Shown here: positions 7,916-16,122 of the stretch, in pieces
How positions within the stretch are numbered: the stretch's first letter is position 1
Layout of the letters: every line of letters starts with the position of its first letter
DNA from: Spirochaetes bacterium GWB1_36_13
GTDB lineage: Bacteria > Spirochaetota > GWB1-36-13
Direction of reading: 5' to 3'
Length of the DNA: 49,765 nucleotides
Assembly: GCA_001829155.1 (NCBI GenBank)
Contig: MIAO01000144.1
Location: 1-49,765 of the forward strand
The notes under the pieces: model-generated
What the model saw: only the letters and a program-made list of their open reading frames with translations
Told to the model about the DNA's origin: nothing
Database searches by the model: none
Made by a program: the position numbers and the translations under genes

Positions 7916-9091
7916 TTATTTTAATTTATATTCTAAAATATTTTGTTGTTTCCCGAACATAAAATCATTTAAATATTTGTAATAAAAAGAATATAATGGA
8001 GGCATATCATTAGTTTTCCATTCAACCTCAATATATGGTGTATCATCAGGAAGTATTCTAGGTAAATAATTTGAAATGTGAATAAACCCCTTGCCTTGAA
8101 AACCTTTATCAACTAAAGAAGCACCAAAAGGTATAAAGTGACTATATTCATAAATATTCAAGGTTATATTTGACTTCTGATTTAATGATTCATACCATTT
8201 TTTAATACTATCAATAGATAATGATTTTTCTTTTAAATTTAATTTTCCTACTTTAACCCCAAAAAATTCTTCTATTTGTTTTGATATTTCATCTTTGGCA
8301 TAATAAATATTTATTTTAATTTTTCTATGTTCATTAATATCAATTTGATTCAATATACTTGGTAAAGAAGGATGATAGATTCCAATAAATTCTAATTCTG
8401 CACTATGTTTTACTCGTTCAAGAAATTTTTCATCTAAATTCTTTTTTTTGGGGTAATCATTTGAATAAATATTAGTAAAATATTTTGTTAAAATCTTCGT
8501 ATTTTTACCATAATCTTTATTTTTATTACTTAAAATGATATTATAAACATTGTGTTCAAAACTATGTTTATCAATAACGGTATCTTCATCTATTAAAGTA
8601 AAAGACCAATCATCATTAATTTTAATTTTTCCACCTAAAGAGTCATTTTTTTTTCTTAAAAATTTATTATAGAAAGTTTTACTAACAATAATACCACCAT
8701 CATCAGCACCTGTAAGTATTCTTGCTGCATCATTTATTGTATTACCTATAATATTATTTTTTCGATTAATATCTTTAAGAACATTTACATCACCTACGTG
8801 AATTGCACACCTTATATCACAATCATTACTAATTGTCCAATCTATTATGCCAACAACTAATTCAAAAGATTTTAAATATGAAGAAGTCTTTATATTCTCA
8901 ATACCAGCAATAATCCCATCTCCCGTAGGAATTAAAATACAATCATTGTCAAGTATTTCATCATATAATAAATGATGAATCTCTTTCTGAAATCTTTTAA
9001 ATAAATCAATTTGTATTGGTTCATTATTTTTTGAATAACCAACTAAATCTAGATAAACAATTATATAAGATTTTGGCATGATTTTCTCCAA
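7916..9091 (-). CDS. Class III nucleotide cyclase domain fused to uncharacterised C-terminal alpha/beta domain
   Basis: YLDLVGYS, PTGDG, IRCAIHVGDV, GNTINDAARI cyclase motifs; C-terminal ~190 aa resembles DUF5919/PLD-like folds (low confidence). Confidence 0.8.
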   Translation of the reverse strand: MEKIMPKSYIIVYLDLVGYSKNNEPIQIDLFKRFQKEIHHLLYDEILDNDCILIPTGDGIIAGIENIKTSSYLKSFELVVGIIDWTISNDCDIRCAIHVGDVNVLKDINRKNNIIGNTINDAARILTGADDGGIIVSKTFYNKFLRKKNDSLGGKIKINDDWSFTLIDEDTVIDKHSFEHNVYNIILSNKNKDYGKNTKILTKYFTNIYSNDYPKKKNLDEKFLERVKHSAELEFIGIYHPSLPSILNQIDINEHRKIKINIYYAKDEISKQIEEFFGVKVGKLNLKEKSLSIDSIKKWYESLNQKSNITLNIYEYSHFIPFGASLVDKGFQGKGFIHISNYLPRILPDDTPYIEVEWKTNDMPPLYSFYYKYLNDFMFGKQQNILEYKLK

Positions 9092-9096
9092 GATAA

Positions 9097-9660
9097 TTAA
9101 TGTGTTATATTACAATTCTTACATTTACTATTATACCTCATCATATCCTGTGGATTAACAATAAATTGGTTTCTTGACGATCTTGCTTTATAAGCATCAT
9201 CAATCCAATCTCCTAATTGTTGAGGCGAATTTGGATATATATAATATCTTGCATAACAATCATTTAATTCTTTATTCCAATTTGATTCAAATCGAGGGGG
9301 TAAATATGCGCTATTTCCTTGGTTAGGTAATATTATCCCAATTAAACCATTGGGTATATAATTTATACCTTGTCTTAATGAACTTTTAATCTCCCAATCA
9401 ACATATCTTCGACTATGTGTACAACTTCCAATTAAGACAATAGTAACAGTAGTATCTTGTAAATAATCATTTCTTATTTTATTCATAACATAATCAGTAT
9501 TACTGCTATCAATAAAATCATCATTATCATTAGCACCTAATACAAAAGGTGTAAAAACGTTTTCTTGATTTGCAAAATAATCAATAAAACTATCAACTTC
9601 AACATTATCTCCTTTATAAAAAGAAATGAATACCTTTCTTTTAATACCATTATATGACAT
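9097..9660 (-). CDS. TIR domain protein (ThsB/MTH538-like, DUF1863)
   Basis: RKVFISF, IR..YL.DTTVTIVLIG, RRYVDWEI with catalytic Glu, PNGLIGI; GGAGG RBS. Confidence 0.88.
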   Translation of the reverse strand: MSYNGIKRKVFISFYKGDNVEVDSFIDYFANQENVFTPFVLGANDNDDFIDSSNTDYVMNKIRNDYLQDTTVTIVLIGSCTHSRRYVDWEIKSSLRQGINYIPNGLIGIILPNQGNSAYLPPRFESNWNKELNDCYARYYIYPNSPQQLGDWIDDAYKARSSRNQFIVNPQDMMRYNSKCKNCNITH

Positions 9661-9699
9661 TTTATTCCTCCAATTTTATTTTACATGGCTAAAAATTTT

Positions 9700-9770
9700 G
9701 TATAACTCAATATATACGAACTTCGCATATTACTCTTAATTCAATGGAATATGCGAAGTTCGTATATCCC
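9700..9770 (-). other. Putative attI-like site with perfect 20-bp inverted repeat
   Basis: gtatAAC (GTTATAC on minus) then tcaat and atatacgaacttcgcatatt (9712-9731) / aatatgcgaagttcgtatat (9748-9767); lies between integrase stop and first cassette. Confidence 0.72.
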
Positions 9771-9808
9771 TGTTTAATGGGTGTTTTTTAAGAACTTTTA
9801 TCTGTTTA

Positions 9809-10834
9809 TTATAAATCATCTATGGGGCTTCTTATATTTTTTAGTATTTTTGTGCTGACATGGGTATAAATCTCAGTTGTTTTGCTGGATTCATGACCCA
9901 ATAGTTCCTGTATTATTCTTAAATCAGTTCCGTTTTCCAGTAAATGCGTGGCAAAGCTATGTCTGAGGGAATGAATTCCTGCTTCTTTCTTTAAGCCGGA
10001 TTCTTTTATAGCATTTTCAAAAACTTTCTGTAATGAACGGGATGTAATTTTCTTTTCATTCCTCTGACCTTCAAAAAGCCAGAATTTAGGGTGATACGCA
10101 TGAAGGTATTCGTTTATATCTCTTGATACTTTATCAGACAAAAGAGTAGTTCTGTCCTTCTTCCCTTTTGCCCCTTTTATGATAAGGATTTTTCTCTCAA
10201 AATCTATATCCTGTATTCTTAAACTCACTGTTTCACTCACACGCAGACCCGCTGAATAAGTGATGGAAAGCATGAGTTTATGCTTGAGATTTTTAACGGA
10301 ATCAATCAGCCTTTTGACCTCTTCTTTACTCAGTACGACAGGTAGTTTTTTTTCTTTTTTAGCCCGTTTGATCTGATAAATAAAATTCTTGCCGAGAATA
10401 CTGCCATAATAAAACCTCAGAGCATTCATGGCACAGTTAAGAGTTGAAGCCGTTGCTTCTTTTTTATCGGCTAGGTAATCCAGATAATTTTTAATATCTG
10501 TTTGATTAATAAAATCGGGGGTTTTACCTGTAAAGGTCAATAGTTCTTTGTTATAAAATGTATATGATTTACTTGTTCTTAAACTATAGCCACGGATACG
10601 GGTTTCTTGAGCAATGGAATCTTTTAGTGGGACTAATTCGGATCCGAAAGAGACTTTAAAATGTTTTTCAAGGTAGTCTCTATTAGAGAGATTATCAGGA
10701 ATAATCCATATTTTTTTGTCAGAAACCCATTTTCTGCCGGATATTTTACGGATGAGTTCAATCAAAGAGGGATTGTATTCAATACTAACTTCAAGCATTC
10801 CGTTATTCTTTTTTATTTCCAATATTCTCTCCAC
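9809..10834 (-). CDS. Tyrosine recombinase, integron-integrase-like, lacking IntI-specific insertion, with extra N-terminal domain
   Basis: [40 protein letters not shown] (R-K-H-R-H-Y intact); SAM-like region RGYSLRTSKSY...ASTLNCAMNALRF; KLPVVLSKEEV. Confidence 0.92.
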   Translation of the reverse strand: MERILEIKKNNGMLEVSIEYNPSLIELIRKISGRKWVSDKKIWIIPDNLSNRDYLEKHFKVSFGSELVPLKDSIAQETRIRGYSLRTSKSYTFYNKELLTFTGKTPDFINQTDIKNYLDYLADKKEATASTLNCAMNALRFYYGSILGKNFIYQIKRAKKEKKLPVVLSKEEVKRLIDSVKNLKHKLMLSITYSAGLRVSETVSLRIQDIDFERKILIIKGAKGKKDRTTLLSDKVSRDINEYLHAYHPKFWLFEGQRNEKKITSRSLQKVFENAIKESGLKKEAGIHSLRHSFATHLLENGTDLRIIQELLGHESSKTTEIYTHVSTKILKNIRSPIDDL

Positions 10835-10848
10835 ATTTCCAAATTAAA

Positions 10849-10877
10849 AATATAACCAAAATCGATAGAGCAATCAA
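10849..10877 (-). promoter_or_regulatory. Possible sigma70-type integrase promoter
   Basis: TTGATT-17 nt-TATATT on minus strand, 14 nt before GTG; remnant copy has TTGCTT-16 nt-TATATT at the equivalent position. Confidence 0.4.
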
Positions 10878-10963
10878 AAAAATATTGAGTTCAGGTTTTT
10901 CTTGTTAGATTTTTCCCATAGGATCAAAGCTTAAGTCTTAAAGGACAAGACAGGATTTATTTA

Positions 10964-11636
10964 GTCGACCCTGAAAAACTCATTTTTCAAGTTCAAAAAG
11001 CTCAAAGATTTTTTGCCCACAAACCCCCATCCCCTTATCTCCCAGAGGAAGACAAGGGGAGTTTTAGGAATTACAGTATTGTTTTTCAATAATAATTTAT
11101 TTACATTACCTAACGGTAAAAAAGGAAATTAATTTCAAAATTCCTTCTATTCAGGTTTCTCATTTTATTTTCATTTTAGCATTCATCTGCCCCTCCGTTC
11201 GGCGTCCTGCCGAAAGTCGGGAAATCTTTTTTCTGTTTGGAATTCTCGTATGCAAATTCTCCTAATTTGCATTAAAACCATTTATTATCAAGAATTATTT
11301 TAAGACTTTTATCTCTTTAACCCTGCACGAGGCAGGGTTTCCTCCGTCCGACTTGATTTCACGGATGAAATCACGGAGGACTCCCCCTTGTCCTTAAAGA
11401 TTTAAGGATAAGGGGTTAGGGGTTTGGATTTGAAACCCGCTGGAATAGTCTTAAAATAAGCTGATTCGAGTCCAATCAGAATAAATCTTCAAGACAGTTC
11501 AAAAAAGAATGTGCTGAAAAAACCTCGATTTTTACCAGATTATTGACAAAAGAATAAAAAAACTTGCAAAATTTTTGACTCTTTTTTATAAATTTTTCTT
11601 TACTGTAAAAGATTTCTTGACTTTTTCAGGGTCGAC
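10964..11636. mobile_element. Non-autonomous MITE-like element (673 bp)
   Basis: Terminal inverted repeats gtcgaccctgaaaaa(c/g)tca (15 bp perfect, 18/19), flanked by direct repeat tattta (10958-10963, 11637-11642); no long ORF; nested internal inverted repeats. Confidence 0.8.
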
Positions 11637-12184
11637 TATTTAAATAACTGGTTGAAAGTGTCTTTTGAAAACTGGTGGTTGATAATCTCGGTTTCTTCTG
11701 CCGGATCTTCCGGTTCCTGAGTGAAAAAATAATGAAAACTGATAAACTCTTCCTCTTTCTGAAATCCGAATTTCTGGTAGAGTTTTTGAGCGTTTGAATT
11801 CTCCAGTGCGGTGGAAAGGGTGAGGCCTTTTGCATTTTGATTCCGGGCAAATTCCTTCGCGCGGGTTAAGAGGGCAAAGGCGATTCCTTCTTTTCGAAAC
11901 GGTTCATCGACAAAAAGGTCGTTTAAAATCAGAAGCGGTTTCATCGATACGGAGGAAAAAGTGGGGTAGAGCTGGGTAAACCCGAAGACTATTTTAGGAT
12001 CATTAAAATCATGCGCAAAAAACAAATAAGACTCTTGATTTTGAAACCTCTCCATCAAAAAGGCTCCGGCTCCTGAGAGAAAACTTTTTTGCCCGTAAAA
12101 AATCCTGTATTGGTCAAAAAGCGGAGCAATCAGAGAAATATCTGTCAATTCAGCTTCTTTAATCTTAAATTGAAAATTTTTCAT
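11636..12184 (-). CDS. GNAT family N-acetyltransferase
   Basis: LFDQYRIFY, FTQLYPTFSSVSM, LNDLFV.EPFRKEGIA, NSNAQKLYQKFGF. Confidence 0.88.
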   Translation of the reverse strand: MKNFQFKIKEAELTDISLIAPLFDQYRIFYGQKSFLSGAGAFLMERFQNQESYLFFAHDFNDPKIVFGFTQLYPTFSSVSMKPLLILNDLFVDEPFRKEGIAFALLTRAKEFARNQNAKGLTLSTALENSNAQKLYQKFGFQKEEEFISFHYFFTQEPEDPAEETEIINHQFSKDTFNQLFK

Positions 12185-12187
12185 CGT

Positions 12188-14173
12188 TTACCCCTGTTCT
12201 TTGATCCGTTTTATTTCATCTCTGATTTTGGCGGCGTCTTCAAAATTGAGGTCTTTGGCGGCTTCAAACATTTTTTCTTCCAGATTTTTCAAATAGGCTG
12301 CTTTTTCAGAAGGAAGTTTTAAGTTGAATTTTTTCCTGTATTCCATAATGGAGAAGTTTTTGTTTTCTTCCTGAGAAAGAGTGAGTTTTCGTTCCAGAAT
12401 ATTTTTGATTTCTTTTTGAATCGTTTCGGGGGTGATTCCATGCTGTTCATTGTAGGCAATCTGGGATTTTCTACGGTCTTCAGTGAGGGTGATGGCTTCT
12501 TTCATGGAGTCGGAAATCCGGTCGCAGTACATGATGACCCTGCCGTGGACATTTCTTGCAGCCCTTCCGATGATTTGCACCAGTGAAGTGGTGGATCTTA
12601 AAAACCCCACTTTGTCGGCATCCAGAATCGCTACCAGAGAAACTTCAGGAAGGTCGAGCCCTTCTCTTAAAAGGTTGATCCCCACTAAAACATCAAACTC
12701 TCCCTGACGAAGCCCCATGAGAAGCTCCACTCTTTCCACCGTTTCCACTTCCGAGTGAAGCCAGCGGACTTTTACCCCGTTTTCGGAAAGAAACCCTGAA
12801 AGCTCTTCCGCCATTTTTTTAGTCAGCGTGGTGACCAGTACTCTTTCATGATTTAAAACGGTTTTTCTGATCTCTTCCATCAAGTCATCAATCTGACCTT
12901 CGGATGGTTTAATGATAATTTCAGGGTCCAAAAGCCCGGTGGGGCGGATAATCTGGCGGACGATCTGGGTCGATTTCTCCATTTCAAACTTGGAAGGCGT
13001 GGCTGAAACAAAAATCATTTGGGGGATAACACTTAAAAATTCGTTAAAATTCAAGGGGCGGTTGTCTAAGGCTGAGGGGAGGCGGAATCCGTAATCCACT
13101 AAAGCCTGTTTTCTGGCGTGATCGCCGTTGTACATTCCGCCGATTTGAGGCACGGTGATATGCGATTCATCGATGAAACAGAGAAAATCATCGGGAAAAT
13201 AGTCGATCAGGGTGTAGGGGCGGTCTCCGGGGTTTCTGCCCGATAAATAACCCGAATAGTTTTCTATTCCCTTGCAGTAGCCCATTTCCTGTAAAATTTC
13301 CATATCATAAACAGTTCTGGAATGAATCCGGTGGGCTTCAAACTCTTTTCCAATGCTTTTTAAATACGCCACTCTCTCATTCATTTCCTGAAAAACCGCT
13401 TTGACTGTGTTTTCTATTTTTTCTCTCTTGGTCACAAAGTGTTTGGCAGGGTAGATCAGGGTGTGTTCTATATCTTCAAGTTTTTTGCCTGTCAGGGCAT
13501 CCAGTCTTTTTATCCCTTCTATCTCATCTCCGAAAAGCTCGATCCGGATCAGGTTTTTGGAATAGGAAAGATGAACATCGATATTATCTCCCCTCACACG
13601 GAATGAACCGGAGCCAAAATCAGTTTCCTTTCTTTCATATTGAATCTCAACCAGTTTTTTAATCAGTTCTTTCCGGTTGATTACCATTCCTTTTTTGATA
13701 TAAAGGGTCAGATCCCGGTAGTCATCGGGAGAGCCCAGTCCGAAGATGGAAGAAACTGTGGCGACTACAATAATATCTTTCCCGCCCAATAAAGCCGCAG
13801 TGGCGGAAAGACGGAGTCTTTCAATCTCTTCATTGATGGAGGCGTCTTTTTCTATATAAAGGTCTTTGGCCGCTACATAAGCTTCCGGCTGATAATAATC
13901 ATAATAACTCACAAAATATTCTACCGAGTTTTCAGGAAAAAACTCTTTAAACTCGCGGTAAAGCTGGGCGGCAAGCGTTTTATTGTGGGATAGAATGAGG
14001 GTGGGTTTCTGCACTTTTTCAATGACATTGGCCATGGTAAAAGTTTTTCCGCTTCCAGTGATCCCCAAAAGAGTCTGATAAGGATAGTTTTTATTGACCC
14101 CTTCGGTCAATTGATCAATGGCCTGTTCTTGATCCCCTTTGGGGTGGTAGGCGCGGTTGAGTTGAAAAAGCAT
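12188..14173 (-). CDS. uvrB: Excinuclease ABC subunit B
   Basis: GITGSGKTFT, HNKTLAAQLY, FVSYYDYYQPEAY, DESH, GINLLREGLDLPEV, C-terminal UVR FEDAAKIRD. Confidence 0.98.
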   Translation of the reverse strand: MLFQLNRAYHPKGDQEQAIDQLTEGVNKNYPYQTLLGITGSGKTFTMANVIEKVQKPTLILSHNKTLAAQLYREFKEFFPENSVEYFVSYYDYYQPEAYVAAKDLYIEKDASINEEIERLRLSATAALLGGKDIIVVATVSSIFGLGSPDDYRDLTLYIKKGMVINRKELIKKLVEIQYERKETDFGSGSFRVRGDNIDVHLSYSKNLIRIELFGDEIEGIKRLDALTGKKLEDIEHTLIYPAKHFVTKREKIENTVKAVFQEMNERVAYLKSIGKEFEAHRIHSRTVYDMEILQEMGYCKGIENYSGYLSGRNPGDRPYTLIDYFPDDFLCFIDESHITVPQIGGMYNGDHARKQALVDYGFRLPSALDNRPLNFNEFLSVIPQMIFVSATPSKFEMEKSTQIVRQIIRPTGLLDPEIIIKPSEGQIDDLMEEIRKTVLNHERVLVTTLTKKMAEELSGFLSENGVKVRWLHSEVETVERVELLMGLRQGEFDVLVGINLLREGLDLPEVSLVAILDADKVGFLRSTTSLVQIIGRAARNVHGRVIMYCDRISDSMKEAITLTEDRRKSQIAYNEQHGITPETIQKEIKNILERKLTLSQEENKNFSIMEYRKKFNLKLPSEKAAYLKNLEEKMFEAAKDLNFEDAAKIRDEIKRIKEQG

Positions 14174-14197
14174 GAATGCCTCTTTAATTTATTATTT

Positions 14198-14833
14198 TCA
14201 CTCACAAAATAAATCAGTTAAAAATTGTTTTATTTGGTCAAAGCAAGTGTGATTAAAATCCCAATATTTTTTTTGTGCAGCTTCGCCAAGACTTTTAACA
14301 ATAGGAGCGCGTGTCGCTAAATAGGCTTGTACTTTTGATTTTTGAATATTAAAAACTGATTTTTCATTTTCTGATAGAATAGATTCAAAACAGATATGAA
14401 AATGATCGATGCAAGATTTTACAGGATTATTTTCAATTGATTGTAAGCAAAGGGTTTCAAGCATTCCCTCATTCTGATTATCGGGCATAATAAATATTCC
14501 AACTGAGATATTATCATTTTTTATAATAGTATTAATTGATTTAGGGACAGGGAGTTTATGATCTTTTAAAATTTTAGATATACTGTCAAAAGCAGATTGA
14601 GCAGGGTTTTTTTCTGCATCTCTAATAAAACCTATATGAGTGATGTTTTTGAAATTTTCCATACTGTAAATAAGAGGAAAATCTGATTTAAATTTCTCCT
14701 TTCCACCAATATCAACAATTTGGATTTTTTCTAAATTTAAATATTTAAAAAAAGCTCCAAAAAAATTCTTTTCATCATTTCCTTCAACAGCCAGTATTTT
14801 TTTTTCTTTTAGGGAAAACTTTTCTCCCATCAT
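14198..14833 (-). CDS. DUF3226-like TOPRIM-fold protein
   Basis: LAVEGNDE, IGFIRDAE, IFIMPDN...GMLETLCL; overlaps ATPase stop (ATGA). Confidence 0.75.
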   Translation of the reverse strand: MMGEKFSLKEKKILAVEGNDEKNFFGAFFKYLNLEKIQIVDIGGKEKFKSDFPLIYSMENFKNITHIGFIRDAEKNPAQSAFDSISKILKDHKLPVPKSINTIIKNDNISVGIFIMPDNQNEGMLETLCLQSIENNPVKSCIDHFHICFESILSENEKSVFNIQKSKVQAYLATRAPIVKSLGEAAQKKYWDFNHTCFDQIKQFLTDLFCE

Positions 14834-15888
14834 CTTACCTCAAATTCTTTTTCAATTCCAGCTATAATTGATTTTGTAGTCAATTTATAGGCATAATGGG
14901 TGTTTTCTCTTTTATCAATCCGATATAATCGAATATCATCTCCTTCCGGCTCTTCTTCCATATAACTTTTAGAAAATGCTTCAATGCATTCATAAGAATG
15001 GGTTGTTGTAATGATTTGAACATTAAATTCTTTTGTTGCTAATAATAACGCTTTCCAAAGTATCGATAAAGATGTGTAATGAAGACCATTTTCAATTTCA
15101 TCAATTAGAATAATTCCATTTTCCATGTTTTGAATAGCAATCAAAATAGATAGAATCCTTCGCATTCCGTCTCCCATAATATTTAAAGGGAGTAATTTAT
15201 TTTGACCGATATCAACATAAAGTGTTGAACCTACCATACGAATATCCAAAAGATTTAATTCTATTTGTTTTAAAATTTTGATAATAGGATTCATCTTTTT
15301 TTGAACAATTAAATTTTCCATACTTTTTACATCAGTTTGAAGTATGGTTTTTGGATTTAAAAAAGAACATTTTAATTCTTCTTTATACTTTCCATCTACT
15401 CTAATTTTACCTTCTTTAATACTGATTTGACTGTTAAAATTTTTATTCTGGTAATTTTTAAATTCTAAACGGATTCCTTCAATGAGACGAACAAAATCAG
15501 TCGATGATGAGACAGTTTCATTATTGCTAATTTCTGTTTGCTTTATTTTTTCAGAAGTTTTTGGATTATAATCTACAAATATTGGATTTATTGAGAGGCT
15601 TCTTTTTCTATTATCTATTTGCCCATTTATTTTTACAGGAAAGGTAAAATCCATGTTGTGGAACATAAAATTAAAATCTTTATCTTCACTCAATATGAGA
15701 TCTCTAAAATTATGAATATTAACCGGCAATTGAGGATTTGACATTCCTGAAAGCAGAAAGATAGATTCTAAGATAGTCGTTTTTCCGCAATTATTTCTTC
15801 CAACTAATACATTGATTCTTTTTAAATCTTCTATTTCAATTTTTTTAATACCTCTAAAATTATCAATATTTATTGAAATATATTTCAT
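14830..15888 (-). CDS. ABC-type ATPase (AAA_15/AAA_21 family)
   Basis: NFRGI, Walker A GRNNCGKT, MGDG signature, Walker B LIDEIENGLH, TTHS H-loop. Confidence 0.9.
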   Translation of the reverse strand: MKYISINIDNFRGIKKIEIEDLKRINVLVGRNNCGKTTILESIFLLSGMSNPQLPVNIHNFRDLILSEDKDFNFMFHNMDFTFPVKINGQIDNRKRSLSINPIFVDYNPKTSEKIKQTEISNNETVSSSTDFVRLIEGIRLEFKNYQNKNFNSQISIKEGKIRVDGKYKEELKCSFLNPKTILQTDVKSMENLIVQKKMNPIIKILKQIELNLLDIRMVGSTLYVDIGQNKLLPLNIMGDGMRRILSILIAIQNMENGIILIDEIENGLHYTSLSILWKALLLATKEFNVQIITTTHSYECIEAFSKSYMEEEPEGDDIRLYRIDKRENTHYAYKLTTKSIIAGIEKEFEVR

Positions 15889-15968
15889 TTGTCTGCTCCT
15901 AAAGAAATTGAATCAAAAAATATATACACATAACTGAATTTAAATTACAAATATTTTCAACCCGAAAT

Positions 15969-16047
15969 TGTCATTGTCCGGCTTGACCGGACAATCCAGT
16001 AAATTGATTATCTTTCTTAATAGATTCCCGCCTTCGCGGGAATGACA
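15969..16047. repeat. REP-like inverted doublet of short palindromes
   Basis: tgtcattgtccggcttgaccggacaatc ... gattcccgccttcgcgggaatgaca; GTCATT-headed palindromes resembling ATTCCC-N8-GGGAAT repeats. Confidence 0.7.
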
Positions 16048-16122
16048 GAAAAGGGTCAATTTTTTGCAATTTAAAATCATTTCAATATATAAAGAAAAGA
16101 GATAAAATCTATTTATTTAATT

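Larger units (their letters stand above)
535..10834 (-). mobile_element. Integron-like element: tyrosine recombinase, attI-like site and five cassettes (7716-9705, 4410-7715, 3278-4409, 2649-3277, 535-2648), integrase co-oriented with cassettes
   Basis: Unrelated AT-rich ORFs, all on the minus strand, each followed by an AAC...GTT/ATT-bounded palindrome; adjacent tyrosine recombinase; cassette borders placed at the G^TT crossover by analogy with integrons. Confidence 0.85.

Noticed and set aside
7916-9660. Canonical Pycsar or Thoeris call
   Set aside because: TIR has no cNMP-binding domain, and the partner is not SIR2/SLOG, Macro-TM or caspase.
9809-10834. Calling the recombinase xerC/xerD or intI
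   Set aside because: Context is a cassette array with a second degenerate copy, and the IntI-specific insertion is absent; no symbol assigned.
10900-11620. tRNA, riboswitch or other ncRNA in the long intergenic region
   Set aside because: No recognisable cloverleaf or riboswitch consensus; structure is explained by TIR/TSD-bounded MITE.
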